Below, piece by piece: positions 8,977 through 18,330 of a stretch of DNA of 64,000 nt; positions within the stretch are counted from its first letter, which is position 1; each line of letters begins with the position of its first letter. This DNA comes from Thermoflexales bacterium (GTDB lineage: Bacteria > Chloroflexota > Anaerolineae > B4-G1 > DUEL01). The notes beneath the pieces were generated by a model that saw only the letters and a list, made by a program, of their open reading frames with translations, had not been told where the DNA came from and searched no databases. Made by a program: the position numbers and the translations under genes. Location: positions 6,629-70,628 of the forward strand of contig JACIWQ010000002.1 of the NCBI GenBank assembly GCA_014360895.1, in the 5' to 3' direction.

Positions 8977-9353
8977 GGCATGAGAAGGGCCGTCCAGCCC
9001 GGTGGCGACAGGTCCGGCTCCGGCGGTCGGCGGACTTTGAGCGCATCCGGCAGGAGGGCCGGGCCTGGTCCCACCCGCTGTTGGTGTTGGTCGCCGCGCC
9101 CAACCCCATCGGGCGGACCCGCATCGGCGTCGTTGCCGGGCGCCGGGTGGGTACGGCGGTGGCCCGCAACCGGGCCCGGCGGTTGCTCCGGGAGGCGGCC
9201 CGTCACCTCTACCCTCGCCTGATGCCCGGATGGGACCTCGTCCTCATCGCCCGGCCGCCCATCCTGACGGTCAAGGAGCCCCAGGTGGAAGCCGCACTGG
9301 AGGGACTGGTCCGGGAAGCCGGGTTACTGCAGGCAGAGGAGAAAGTTCGGTGA
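8931..9353 (+). CDS. rnpA: Ribonuclease P protein component
   Basis: [26 protein letters not shown]...[20 protein letters not shown] matches RnpA. No in-frame ATG exists; the GTG at 8931 is the nearest start, so the start is uncertain. It overlaps the rpmH 3' end. Confidence 0.6.
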   Translation: MELEGECPPAPAPGVGHEKGRPARWRQVRLRRSADFERIRQEGRAWSHPLLVLVAAPNPIGRTRIGVVAGRRVGTAVARNRARRLLREAARHLYPRLMPGWDLVLIARPPILTVKEPQVEAALEGLVREAGLLQAEEKVR

Positions 9354-9571
9354 AATATCTGTTGCTGGTCCTGATCCGATTGTGGCAGTGGACGTTCTCG
9401 CGCGTCCTGCCGCCGACCTGCCGTTTCTACCCCTCCTGCTCCCAGTACGGTTACGAGGCCATCTCCCGCTACGGTGTCCTGCGCGGCGGCTGGCTGACGG
9501 TCCGACGCGTCGCCCGCTGTCACCCCTTCAACCCGGGCGGATACGACCCCGTCCCTGAGCTTCATCGGTAG
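9350..9571 (+). CDS. yidD: Membrane protein insertion efficiency factor YidD
   Basis: [42 protein letters not shown] matches the YidD family. The GTG start overlaps the rnpA stop. Confidence 0.75.
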   Translation: MKYLLLVLIRLWQWTFSRVLPPTCRFYPSCSQYGYEAISRYGVLRGGWLTVRRVARCHPFNPGGYDPVPELHR

Positions 9572-9612
9572 ATGGGTATACGGTAAATTGGTATACTGGT
9601 CAGTGGTCAGTG

Positions 9613-9675
<63 letters not shown>

Positions 9676-9690
9676 CAGGAGCGCTATAGC

Positions 9691-10806
9691 GTGAATAGAC
9701 GATTATCCCTTCTCACGTTCGGCCTGGCCCTCACCGTCACCCTCCTCCTCGCCGGTTGCTCCGGCGGCGTCCGCGCCACCACCTGGACCACCCTGATTCT
9801 CCACAACGGGACCCTCTACGTGGCGGACCTGGAACAGGTCCGGGCGCTGGACACGGAGACCGGCCAGCAGACCTGGGCATTTCCCCCCACGCCGGACCTG
9901 CGCCAGTACGGCCCTTTCTACACGGTCACCCTGCTGAATGACGAACTGCTCCTGGTGACCTCCTACGAACGGACCGGAGGGGGCCTCTTTGCCCGCTCCC
10001 GGGGGGTCCTGCGCGCCCTTTCCCTGAACGGCGGTCAGATGGCCTGGCCTCAACCCTTCACGGCGGACGGGGAATTCATCGCTCCCGGCGCGGCCGGAGA
10101 CGGCATCTTCGTCATCGGCAACAGCGACGGCAACGTCTACGGCCTGCGCATAGAGGACGGCGCGTTGCTCTGGCAGTATCCCACCCGGAGCCGGGTCTGG
10201 GCGACGCCGCTGGTCATCTCGGACACCGTCTACATCGCTTCGCTGGACCATCACCTCTACGCGCTGGACCTGGAGAGCGGCGCGCTGCGCTGGCAGTTCG
10301 GGGCCGGCGGCGCGATGGCCGACCGCCCCCTCGTCCTGACCGATACCCTCTACGTCGGTTCCTTTGACCACAACCTCTATGCTCTGCGGCTGGCGGACGG
10401 CACCGAAATCTGGCGTTTTACCGGCGCCAACTGGTTCTGGGGCACCCCGGCCAGCGACGGCACCCGCCTTTACGCCGCCGATGTGGACGGCAATGTCTAC
10501 GCGCTGGACGCCGCCACCGGGCAGGAAATCTGGCGCAGCCAGGTGCAGGGGACCGTCCGGCTGGGGCCGGCGCTGAGCCCGGACGGGAAGCGGTTGCTGG
10601 TCGCCAGCGAGAACGGCACCCTCTTCGGCCTGGATACCGCCGACGGCTTCGTCCTCTGGCAGCAGGCCGGGCAGGGACAACTGGGCTCCATGGCCATCGG
10701 TGGCGAGAAGGTCTACGTGACCCGCATCAACGCCCCTCAGCGGGTGCAGGCTTTCTACGTGGAGAACGGCCGCCCGGTCTGGTCCTATCCGGCGCAGCAA
10801 CAGTAA
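9691..10806 (+). CDS. PQQ-like beta-propeller repeat lipoprotein (BamB-like)
   Basis: The lipoprotein signal LLLAGCSGG follows a GTG start with an AGGAG RBS. Repeated xLYAxDxxxGxxxWxF PQQ-type blades are present. The ORF-track N-terminus (MVILSFCHS repeated) is translation of the octamer array and is discounted. Confidence 0.7.
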   Translation: MNRRLSLLTFGLALTVTLLLAGCSGGVRATTWTTLILHNGTLYVADLEQVRALDTETGQQTWAFPPTPDLRQYGPFYTVTLLNDELLLVTSYERTGGGLFARSRGVLRALSLNGGQMAWPQPFTADGEFIAPGAAGDGIFVIGNSDGNVYGLRIEDGALLWQYPTRSRVWATPLVISDTVYIASLDHHLYALDLESGALRWQFGAGGAMADRPLVLTDTLYVGSFDHNLYALRLADGTEIWRFTGANWFWGTPASDGTRLYAADVDGNVYALDAATGQEIWRSQVQGTVRLGPALSPDGKRLLVASENGTLFGLDTADGFVLWQQAGQGQLGSMAIGGEKVYVTRINAPQRVQAFYVENGRPVWSYPAQQQ

Positions 10807-10845
10807 CGGAGTACGGAACAGGGAGTACACGGTACGGAGTGCGAT

Positions 10846-11643
10846 ATGTGGGACTTGTTGATTCTGAACCCAATGGTGAATCTGCTGCTGCTCTTTTACC
10901 GCCTTCTGGGCCACCAGACGGTGCTGGCCATCACGGCGCTCACGCTGGTGGTACGGCTGGCCGTCCTGCCACTGACGTTGAAGCAGCAGCAGTCCGCCCG
11001 CCGGATGCAGGAGTTGCAGCCGGAACTGGCAAAACTCCAGAAAAAGTACGCCAATGACAAAGAGGCACTGGCCCGGGAGCAGATGAAACTCTACCGGGAG
11101 GCCGGCATGAATCCGATGGCAGGGTGTCTGCCGCTGTTGATTCAACTGCCCCTCCTCTACGGCCTTTGGCAGGCCATTATGCGCACCCTGGCCGCCAGCC
11201 CAATGGAACTGGTCCGCCTCTCCCAGAACATCTACTCCTTCATCCCCGGCCTGACCTCCCTTATCCCGTTGCAGAACCGGTTCCTGTGGATGGACCTGGG
11301 CCAGCCGGACCCGTACTACGTCCTTCCGGTTCTGGTGGTGGTCACTTCCTGGCTTTCGCAGAAAATTCTGACTCCGCCTTCTACCGACCCCCAGTCGGCG
11401 GCGATGAACCAGCAGATGTTGATTATGATGCCGCTGATGTTCGGATTTTTCTCCATCTCCTTCGCTTCCGGGCTTTCCATTTACTTCATCATCTCCAACC
11501 TGGTCACCCTTCTCCAGTACTTCGTGACCCCGAGGCAGAAACCTGCCCAGGCGGTAGAGACAGAGGAGCCAAAGGAGGCGGAGCGGCCAAAGGGGCCGGA
11601 GCGGCCGCCCCGACCTCCCCGGCGAAAAGGCGGACGGAGATAA
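10846..11643 (+). CDS. yidC: Membrane protein insertase YidC (short Gram-positive/SpoIIIJ-like form)
   Basis: YidC/Oxa1 family, 265 aa with conserved TM segments and a basic C-terminal tail. Confidence 0.85.
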   Translation: MWDLLILNPMVNLLLLFYRLLGHQTVLAITALTLVVRLAVLPLTLKQQQSARRMQELQPELAKLQKKYANDKEALAREQMKLYREAGMNPMAGCLPLLIQLPLLYGLWQAIMRTLAASPMELVRLSQNIYSFIPGLTSLIPLQNRFLWMDLGQPDPYYVLPVLVVVTSWLSQKILTPPSTDPQSAAMNQQMLIMMPLMFGFFSISFASGLSIYFIISNLVTLLQYFVTPRQKPAQAVETEEPKEAERPKGPERPPRPPRRKGGRR

Positions 11644-11674
11644 ACGCGGGGGGCTCCCGCTGGAGGAGGAGAAC

Positions 11675-11914
11675 ATGGAGAAACTGGACCGAATCGTTGC
11701 GAATCCGAGAATCTGTATGGGGCAGCCGGTGATCCGAGGGACCCGAATCACGGTCAGCGTGATTCTGAAGATGTTGGCTGGTGGCAAGACGATTGACGAT
11801 GTCTTGGAGGCTTATCCGGAACTTCAGCCAGAGGACATATACCAGGCCATGCAGTATGCGGCCTGGGTGGTCTCGGACCAGATTCACCCTGTGCCATCCC
11901 TGGAGGTTGCTTGA
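11675..11914 (+). CDS. DUF433 domain protein (putative antitoxin-like)
   Basis: MGQPVIRGTRITVSVILKMLAGGKTIDDVLEAYPELQPEDIYQAMQYAA matches DUF433. Confidence 0.7.
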   Translation: MEKLDRIVANPRICMGQPVIRGTRITVSVILKMLAGGKTIDDVLEAYPELQPEDIYQAMQYAAWVVSDQIHPVPSLEVA

Positions 11915-12285
11915 AGCACCTTCGCCTTTTGGCCGATATGAATATCTCACCGAGAACTGTTGAGGCCATGCGGCATGAGGGCTGGGATATTGTCCGGGTC
12001 TCCCAGGTGCTGCCTGCTGACACTTCTGATGAAGAGATTCTGGAATTTGCCCGTCAAACAGGGCGGGTCGTGGTTACCCAGGATTTGGACTTTTCGGCCC
12101 TGCTGGCCCTGGAAGGTTGCAACCGCCCCAGTCTGGTGACTTTGCGATTAATGACGTCTGACCCGGAAACGGTCACTCGGACACTGCTAAAAGTACTGCC
12201 TGGAGTGGAACAGGCACTGAAAGTAGGCGCTGTTGCGACGATTGAAGAGGATGTCGTTCGCATTCGCCACCTGCCCATCCGGTGA
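11911..12285 (+). CDS. DUF5615 (PIN-like) domain protein, putative toxin partner of DUF433
   Basis: MKHLRLLADMNIS...GRVVVTQDLDF is a DUF5615 pattern. Its ATG overlaps the DUF433 stop by 4 bp (ATGA). Confidence 0.65.
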   Translation: MKHLRLLADMNISPRTVEAMRHEGWDIVRVSQVLPADTSDEEILEFARQTGRVVVTQDLDFSALLALEGCNRPSLVTLRLMTSDPETVTRTLLKVLPGVEQALKVGAVATIEEDVVRIRHLPIR

Positions 12286-12313
12286 AGGAACCATTCACTC
12301 TATGAGGGCATCA

Positions 12314-13042
12314 ATGAGCACAGAAAGCAAGATTTTCTTCGGCGAAACGGTAGATGCCGCCATCGCGGCCGGGCTTGCCGCACTGCGGCTCCCGCGCGAG
12401 GCGGTAGAGATTGAGATTCTGGATGAGGGCAGTCGGGGCATCCTGGGCATCGGCGCCCGGATGGCGCGGGTCCGGCTCACGCCGCTGGTCGCCCCGGAGA
12501 CCGCCCCCGCCCCTGCGCCGGCCCCCGCCCCAACCCCGACGGCCCCGCCGGCCACTCCGGAGTCGCCTGCTGCCGAGGTGGCCCGCTCCATCCTGGCGGA
12601 CCTCCTCCAGCATCTGGGCTTCTCCGCCGAAATCCAGGCCCGCATGGCGGAGCCGGCAACCGATGAGGAGACGACGACCCTTGTGCTGGACATTCAGACT
12701 GCCGGGGCGGATACGTTGATCGGCCCGCGAGGGGAAACCCTGGCCGCCCTCCAGCACATCCTGCGGCTGCTGGTCAACCGGAAAATGGGCCACATGGTCA
12801 ACCTGGTGGTGGACGTCCAGGGCTACAAGGAACGGCGGGAGCAGAGCCTCCGCCGCCTGGCGGAGCGGATGGCCAGCCAGGCCGTCCGCAGCGGGCGCAC
12901 CGTCTACCTGGAGCCGATGCCTCCCTACGAGCGCCGCATCATCCACCTGGCGCTCCGCGACCACCCCGACGTCACCACCCAGAGCATCGGCGAGGGCAAC
13001 CGCCGCCGGGTCACCATCATCCCCCGCGTCGGCAAAGAGTAG
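12314..13042 (+). CDS. jag: Jag/KhpB RNA-binding protein (Jag_N, KH and R3H domains)
   Basis: C-terminal R3H region (TVYLEPMPPYERRIIHLALRDHPDVTTQSIGEGNRRRVTI). The start was chosen at MSTESKIFFGETVDAAI; an alternative ATG lies at 12302. Confidence 0.75.
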   Translation: MSTESKIFFGETVDAAIAAGLAALRLPREAVEIEILDEGSRGILGIGARMARVRLTPLVAPETAPAPAPAPAPTPTAPPATPESPAAEVARSILADLLQHLGFSAEIQARMAEPATDEETTTLVLDIQTAGADTLIGPRGETLAALQHILRLLVNRKMGHMVNLVVDVQGYKERREQSLRRLAERMASQAVRSGRTVYLEPMPPYERRIIHLALRDHPDVTTQSIGEGNRRRVTIIPRVGKE

Positions 13043-13111
13043 GGCGCCGAAAACCGCAAAGCCCGACCGTAGACTTTATCGGAAATAGCACCATGTAGCG
13101 CACCACGTATC

Positions 13112-13296
13112 TTCTTCAACGAAAATCTGCGCTCGTCCGCGTTCATCCGCGTCCTAATTATCCCGTTGCAATTCGCCTGTACAGACCTGGCGGCCTGCGC
13201 TACGTTGAAAATCTGCGCTCGTCCGCGTTCATCCGCGTCCTAATTATCCCGCTACAATTCGCCTGTACAGGCCTGGCGGCCTGCGCTACGTTCTAT
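13112..13296. repeat. Two tandem copies of the ~90-bp repeat family C element
   Basis: Near-identical direct repeats at 13118-13203 and 13207-13292. They are also related to the copy at 4741-4840. Confidence 0.8.
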
Positions 13297-13387
13297 CGCC
13301 GGGCTATCAAAAAGCCCCGAAGGGGCTTCGCAGGATGAGCCCGATGCTTGAGCGTCGGGCGAAACTGGGTACCGGAACCACGTCTGG

Positions 13388-14233
13388 GTGAACACACCGG
13401 ATTACCTCGTTGTTGGCCATGTGACCCAGGACCGGCTGCCGGACGGCTCGCTGACCCCTGGCGGCACGGCGTCCTATGCCGCCCGCACCGCCCGCGCGCT
13501 GGGCCTGCGCACCGCCGTCCTCACCAGCGCCGACGATTCCCTGGACCTGAGCGCCATCCTCCCTGATGTGGAAATTTACCGCGTTCCGGCGGCCACCAGC
13601 ACCATCTTTGAAAACCGCTACACGTCGGACGGACGGGTCCAATTCCTGCACGCCCGCGCCGCCCTCCTGACACCGGAGACGCTGTGGAGCGCAGGATTTG
13701 TCTTGCCGCGCCATATCGGCATCCTCCACCTGGGCCCCGTGGCGCGGGAATGCGACCCCGCCCTGGCCGATCACATCCCCGCCGACTTCCTGGGCCTGAC
13801 CCCCCAGGGCTGGATGCGCCGCTGGGACGGGGCCGGACGGGTCGCCCCCGGCCCCTGGGAGGAGGCGGAGACGTGGCTCCCGCGCGCCGACGCCGTCGTC
13901 CTGAGCGAAGAGGACATCGGCGGCGACGAGGCGCTGGCCGCCCGCTGGGCCGCACAGACCCGGGTCCTGGCCGTCACCCGGGGCGCGTGCGGATGCTCCG
14001 TCTATGCCGACGGCCGGGTCTGGCACCTGCCCGCGTTCCCGGCTCGGGAGGTGGACCCCACCGGCGCGGGGGACATCTTCGCCGCCGTCTTCTTCACCTG
14101 CCTCTGGCAGGGCGACGACCCGGTCCGGGCCGCCCGCCGGGCTAACTGCATCGCCGCCGTCTCCGTCACCCGGCCCGGCCTCTCCGGCACCCCCACCCCG
14201 GCCGAAATCGCCCGCTGCCTCGGGCAGGAGTGA
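13388..14233 (+). CDS. PfkB-family carbohydrate/nucleoside kinase
   Basis: Ribokinase-like fold with the C-terminal DPTGAGD motif. GTG start. Confidence 0.7.
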   Translation: MNTPDYLVVGHVTQDRLPDGSLTPGGTASYAARTARALGLRTAVLTSADDSLDLSAILPDVEIYRVPAATSTIFENRYTSDGRVQFLHARAALLTPETLWSAGFVLPRHIGILHLGPVARECDPALADHIPADFLGLTPQGWMRRWDGAGRVAPGPWEEAETWLPRADAVVLSEEDIGGDEALAARWAAQTRVLAVTRGACGCSVYADGRVWHLPAFPAREVDPTGAGDIFAAVFFTCLWQGDDPVRAARRANCIAAVSVTRPGLSGTPTPAEIARCLGQE

Positions 14234-14301
14234 AAACCACAAAGACACGAAGACATAAACCCATTCATCGTGTCTTTGTGCCTTCGCGGTGACCATCCGA
14301 A

Positions 14302-15099
14302 ATGATCATCTACGCCTTCGCCAACCAGAAGGGCGGCGTGGGCAAGACCACGACCGCCGTCAACCTGGCGGCCTACCTGGCCCACTGGGGCCAGCGGGTC
14401 CTGCTGGTGGATATGGACCCCCAGGCCAACGCGACGGTCAGCCTGGGGGTGGACCGCGCCGCGCTCCCGGCCACGGTCTACGATGCCCTGGTGCGCGAGA
14501 CGCCGCTGGACTCTATCATCACCCCGACCCGCTGGGTGCGGCTGGACCTGCTGCCCAGTTCGGCCCAACTGGCCGGCGCGACGGTGGAATTGGTTCCGAT
14601 GCTGGCCCGGGAGCGGCGGCTGGAAATGGCCCTCTCCGGCCTGGGCCAGCGGTACGACTACGTCCTGATTGATTGTCCCCCGAGCCTGGGCATCCTCACC
14701 GTCAACGCGCTGGTCGCCGCCACCGGCGGCGTCATCATCCCCGTCCAGTGCGAGTACCTGGCCCTGGACGGCCTCTCCCAACTGATCCGCACGCTGGACC
14801 TGGTCCGCCGGTCCCTGAACCCCCGCCTGCGCCTGCGCGGCCTGGTGATGACCATGTTTGACTCGCGCACCCATCTCTCCCAGCAGGTGGTGGCGGAAGT
14901 GCGACGGTATTTCGGCGACCGGGTCTTCCGGACGATCATCCCGCGCAACGTCCGGTTGAGCGAGGCGCCCAGCCACGGGCTCCCCATTATGGCCTATGCC
15001 CCCCGCTCCCCGGGCGACCTGGCCTACCGGGCCCTGGCGTGGGAACTGCTCAGCGGCGACGGACGGGCGCCGTCGGCGGAGGTGGAACATGGCGGGTAA
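14302..15099 (+). CDS. parA: Chromosome partitioning ATPase ParA/Soj
   Basis: N-terminus IIYAFANQKGGVGKTTTAVNLAAYLA carries the deviant Walker A motif. Confidence 0.85.
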   Translation: MIIYAFANQKGGVGKTTTAVNLAAYLAHWGQRVLLVDMDPQANATVSLGVDRAALPATVYDALVRETPLDSIITPTRWVRLDLLPSSAQLAGATVELVPMLARERRLEMALSGLGQRYDYVLIDCPPSLGILTVNALVAATGGVIIPVQCEYLALDGLSQLIRTLDLVRRSLNPRLRLRGLVMTMFDSRTHLSQQVVAEVRRYFGDRVFRTIIPRNVRLSEAPSHGLPIMAYAPRSPGDLAYRALAWELLSGDGRAPSAEVEHGG

Positions 15100-15931
15100 G
15101 TTCGGCCTGGGCAGAGGATTGGAGGCGCTGATCCCCGTCGGCGAGGAGACGGCAGGCATCCTGGAGGTGCCGGTGGACGAGATCCGTCCCAACCCCCACC
15201 AGCCCCGCATGCTCATCCGGGACGACGAACTGGTGGAACTGGCCCTCTCCATCCAGACGCACGGCGTCCTTCAGCCCCTCATCGTCGTCCGGGAGGGGGA
15301 CGGCTACCAGTTGGTGGCGGGGGAGCGGCGGTGGCGGGCGGCCAAACTGGCTGGCCTGACGACGGTCCCCGTCATCGTCAAAGACCTGGCCCCCCAGCAG
15401 ACACTGGAACTGGCGCTGGTGGAAAACCTCCAGCGGAAGGACCTGAATCCGCTGGAGGAAGCAGCGGCCTACCGTCAACTGATAGAAGAATTCGGGCTGA
15501 CTCACGAGGAGGTGGCGCAGCGGGTGGGCCGGAGCCGGGTCGCCGTCACCAACACCCTGCGCCTGCTGAAGGCCACCGACGCGGTCAAGGAGGCGCTGCT
15601 GAATGGCCGCATCGGGGAGGGGCATGCCCGCGCGCTCCTGGCCCTGGAGGACCCCCAGGCCCAGGCCGCCGCGCTGCGCATTGTCCTGCGCCAGGGCCTC
15701 ACCGTCCGCCAGACGGAGGAACTGGTGGGGCGAATCCTGCAGACCCGGCCCCAGAAACCGACGGCCCGCCCTACCGCCCCCGAGGTACAGGCCCTGGAGG
15801 ACCGGTTCCGGCAGGCCCTGGGGACACGCGTCCAGGTCCGCCCGGGGAAGAAGGGAGGGCGGATCATCATCTACTACTACTCGGAGGAGGAACTGGAGGG
15901 GCTGTACGAACGGCTGACCGCGCGGGATTAA
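15089..15931 (+). CDS. parB: Chromosome partitioning protein ParB/Spo0J
   Basis: [16 protein letters not shown]...[13 protein letters not shown] plus an HTH region. The start is at ATG 15089 and overlaps the parA end. Confidence 0.85.
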   Translation: MAGKFGLGRGLEALIPVGEETAGILEVPVDEIRPNPHQPRMLIRDDELVELALSIQTHGVLQPLIVVREGDGYQLVAGERRWRAAKLAGLTTVPVIVKDLAPQQTLELALVENLQRKDLNPLEEAAAYRQLIEEFGLTHEEVAQRVGRSRVAVTNTLRLLKATDAVKEALLNGRIGEGHARALLALEDPQAQAAALRIVLRQGLTVRQTEELVGRILQTRPQKPTARPTAPEVQALEDRFRQALGTRVQVRPGKKGGRIIIYYYSEEELEGLYERLTARD

Positions 15932-15967
15932 CCTCGCGCCTGGCTACCTGACAGTTTCCACTGGGAG

Positions 15968-16054
15968 GGTCATTGCGAGGGCGCACAGCGCCCGAAGCAA
16001 TCTCCCGACAAGCTTCTGGAGATTGCTTCGCCCCCTTCGGGGGCTCGCAATGAC
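15968..16054. repeat. Family A palindromic MITE/REP-like element (single copy)
   Basis: Left arm GGTCATTGCGAGGGCGCACAGCGCCCGAAGCAATC, right arm GATTGCTTCGCCCCCTTCGGGGGCTCGCAATGAC. Confidence 0.75.
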
Positions 16055-16113
16055 ACCCCCGGAGGGGCATTCGGGAAGCGCAGAAGAGAAGTATCAGGTG
16101 GCTAGGCCTCGCG

Positions 16114-16707
16114 CTACAACGATACGACTCTTCCCGCCTGCATCAGCGTCTCGGCGATGGTGTACATGTTGGACACCTCGCCGACGGCCACCTTCTCCTT
16201 CAGCCCGTAGTACCCCAGACAGGTACCGCAGATCAGAATCTGGACGCCCTGCGCCTGGAGCGTCCGCAGGTCCTCCAGCACCGGCGACCCCTCCACGGTC
16301 AGTTTGACCCCGCTGTTGAAGAAGATGAGAACGTCGGGGAGGGGGCTGACCTCGTTGAGGGTGTGCAGGAAACCCCGGATGAGGATTTGCCCCAACTCCT
16401 CGTGTTCCCCCCGTCCCATAAACTCCGAGGGGACCACCAGGACCAGCGGGCCGCCGGACGGAGTCGGTGCCGGGGCGGGGGCAACCGCCGGGGCGGCCTC
16501 CCCCCGGCTAATGTGGAGATAAATCCCGTCCTCCCGCTCCTCGGCCCGGACGGTGTACCCCGCCTTCTCAGCCATCCGGGTCACGTTGTGGCGGGCGGTG
16601 TCGCTATCCACGATGGTCGTGACCGCGTCGCTTTCCCGCAGCGCGTCGCGGGTGAGCAGAACCGGCTGGGGGCATGGGAGCCCCCGGGCATCTACGGTTT
16701 TTGCCAT
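16114..16707 (-). CDS. yedF: Selenium metabolism protein YedF-like (TusA-like domain with CPQP motif plus a DsrE/DsrF-like domain)
   Basis: N-terminus AKTVDARGLPCPQPVLLTRDAL is TusA-like. The C-terminal DsrE-like fold carries ILICGTCLGYYG. Confidence 0.7.
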   Translation of the reverse strand: MAKTVDARGLPCPQPVLLTRDALRESDAVTTIVDSDTARHNVTRMAEKAGYTVRAEEREDGIYLHISRGEAAPAVAPAPAPTPSGGPLVLVVPSEFMGRGEHEELGQILIRGFLHTLNEVSPLPDVLIFFNSGVKLTVEGSPVLEDLRTLQAQGVQILICGTCLGYYGLKEKVAVGEVSNMYTIAETLMQAGRVVSL

Positions 16708-16749
16708 AGCGTCCTCCCCTAAAAGAGCGAAGTGTCAACAGTTCGCAAA

Positions 16750-17112
16750 GGTCATTGCGAGCCCGAAGGGCGAAGCAACCGGTCATTGCGAGCCCGAAGG
16801 GCGAAGCAACCGGTCACTGCGAGCCCCGAAGGGCGAAGCAACCGGTCATTGCGAGCCCGAAGGGCGAAGCAACCGGTCATTGCGAGCCCGAAGGGCGAAG
16901 CAATCGGTCATTGCGAGCCCGAAGGGCGAAGCAACCGGTCATTGCGAGCCCGAAGGGCGAAGCAACCAGTCATTGCGAGCCCGAAGGGCGAAGCAACCGG
17001 TCATTGCGAGCCCGAAGGGCGAAGCAATCTCCTCGTCGCTTCTGGGGATTGCTTCGGGGCTATCGCCCCTCGCAATGACCCTTCGGGCACTCTGTGCCCT
17101 CACAATGACCCG
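16750..17112. repeat. Tandem array of about 9 copies of a 31-bp unit (GGTCATTGCGAGCCCGAAGGGCGAAGCAACC), derived from the family A left arm and terminated by the right arm
   Basis: Strict 31-bp periodicity with no unique spacers, so this is a satellite-like expansion and not a CRISPR. ORFs across it are spurious. Confidence 0.8.
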
Positions 17113-17161
17113 CCAGTGTGTCGCAAGCCGGCCTCTTCGCTTCGCCAGCCGCAAAAGCTCC

Positions 17162-18313
17162 TCACCCCTGGGCCAACCGGGCCACGGCCCGCAGCGCGGC
17201 GTCCACCTCATCCCGTGTGGTGAACGCCCCCAGCGCGAAGCGGACCGTCCCGGCGGGGAACGTCCCGATGGTCCGGTGGGCCGCCGGGGCGCAGTGGAGC
17301 CCCACCCGGCACATGATGCCGTACTCCTCGTCCAGCTGCATCCCCACCTCCGAGGGCTCCATCCCGGCGATGTTGAAGGAGACGACGGCCGTCCGCTGCC
17401 GCGCGTCGGCCGGGCCGTAAACGGTCACGCCGGGGATTTCCCGCAGGCCGTCCAGCAACCGCTGCGTCAGGGCCACCTCGTGGGCGCGGATGGCCTCCAC
17501 GCCCTGCTCCAGCACCCAGCGGACCCCGGCCTCCAGCCCCGCCAGCCCCACCGCGTTGGGCGTCCCGCTCTCGCACATATCCGGCAGGAAGTCCGGTTGT
17601 TCCTCCCGCTCGGAGCGGCTCCCCGTCCCGCCCCGGATGAGGGGCCGGAACTCCTCCAGCGGGACCCGGTCCCCGATGATAAGCCCGCCGGTGCCCGTCG
17701 GCCCGTAGAGGGACTTGTGTCCGGTGAAGGCCAGGAGGTCAATCCCGTCGGCCTGCATATCTATGGGGACGGCGCCCCCGCTCTGGGCCGCGTCCACCAG
17801 CAGCAGGGGCCCGTTCATCTCCCGCAGGGCCCGCCCGACCTCCGCCACCGGCAGAATTGTCCCCGTCACGTTGGAGGCGTGGTTGAGGACGACCAGGCGG
17901 GTGTGGGGCCGCAGGGCCGCCAGGACCGCCTGCGGGTCCAGCGTCCCCTCCGGAGAGCAGGGGACCACTGTCACCTCCACGCCCTCCCGCTCCAGGGCCC
18001 GCAGGGGGCGCATCACCGAGTTGTGCTCCATGCTGGAGGTGACGACGTGGTCGCCGGGCCGCAGCAGGCCCCGCAGAGCCAGGTTGATCCCCTCCGTGGC
18101 GTTGAGGCCGAAGACGACCCGCAGCGGGTCGGGGGCGCCGAAGAGTTGGGCCACGGCCTCGCGCGCGGCGTAGACGATACGTCCCGCCTCCACCGAGAGC
18201 CGGTGCCCGGAGCGGCCCGGGTTGGCGCCGACCTCGGTCATATAGCGGGCCATCGCCGCCAGGACCCCCGGCGGTTTGGGCCAGGACGTGGCCGCGTTGT
18301 CCAGGTAAATCAT
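17162..18313 (-). CDS. Class V aminotransferase-fold cysteine desulfurase/selenocysteine lyase (SufS/CsdA-like)
   Basis: IYLDNAATSWPKP ... FTGHKSLYGPTGTGGL (PLP lysine region) ... catalytic Cys region HCAPAAHR. Confidence 0.8.
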   Translation of the reverse strand: MIYLDNAATSWPKPPGVLAAMARYMTEVGANPGRSGHRLSVEAGRIVYAAREAVAQLFGAPDPLRVVFGLNATEGINLALRGLLRPGDHVVTSSMEHNSVMRPLRALEREGVEVTVVPCSPEGTLDPQAVLAALRPHTRLVVLNHASNVTGTILPVAEVGRALREMNGPLLLVDAAQSGGAVPIDMQADGIDLLAFTGHKSLYGPTGTGGLIIGDRVPLEEFRPLIRGGTGSRSEREEQPDFLPDMCESGTPNAVGLAGLEAGVRWVLEQGVEAIRAHEVALTQRLLDGLREIPGVTVYGPADARQRTAVVSFNIAGMEPSEVGMQLDEEYGIMCRVGLHCAPAAHRTIGTFPAGTVRFALGAFTTRDEVDAALRAVARLAQG

Positions 18314-18330
18314 CGCGCCTCCGCATCGGT

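Noticed and set aside
12990-13110. oriC/DnaA-box cluster near the rpmH-yidC-jag-parAB block
   Set aside because: No convincing TTATCCACA-like boxes or AT-rich DNA-unwinding element were seen. dnaA and dnaN are not in the window, so an origin call is unsupported.
16750-17112. Possible CRISPR array (31-bp period)
   Set aside because: Repeats are directly abutted with no unique spacers, they match the family A MITE arm, and no cas genes are nearby.
16732-17223. ORFs translating to repeated KGEATGHCEPEGRSNRSLRARRAKQPV peptides (and similar ORFs at 8229-8898 and 19734-20305)
   Set aside because: They are translations of tandem MITE copies, not genes.
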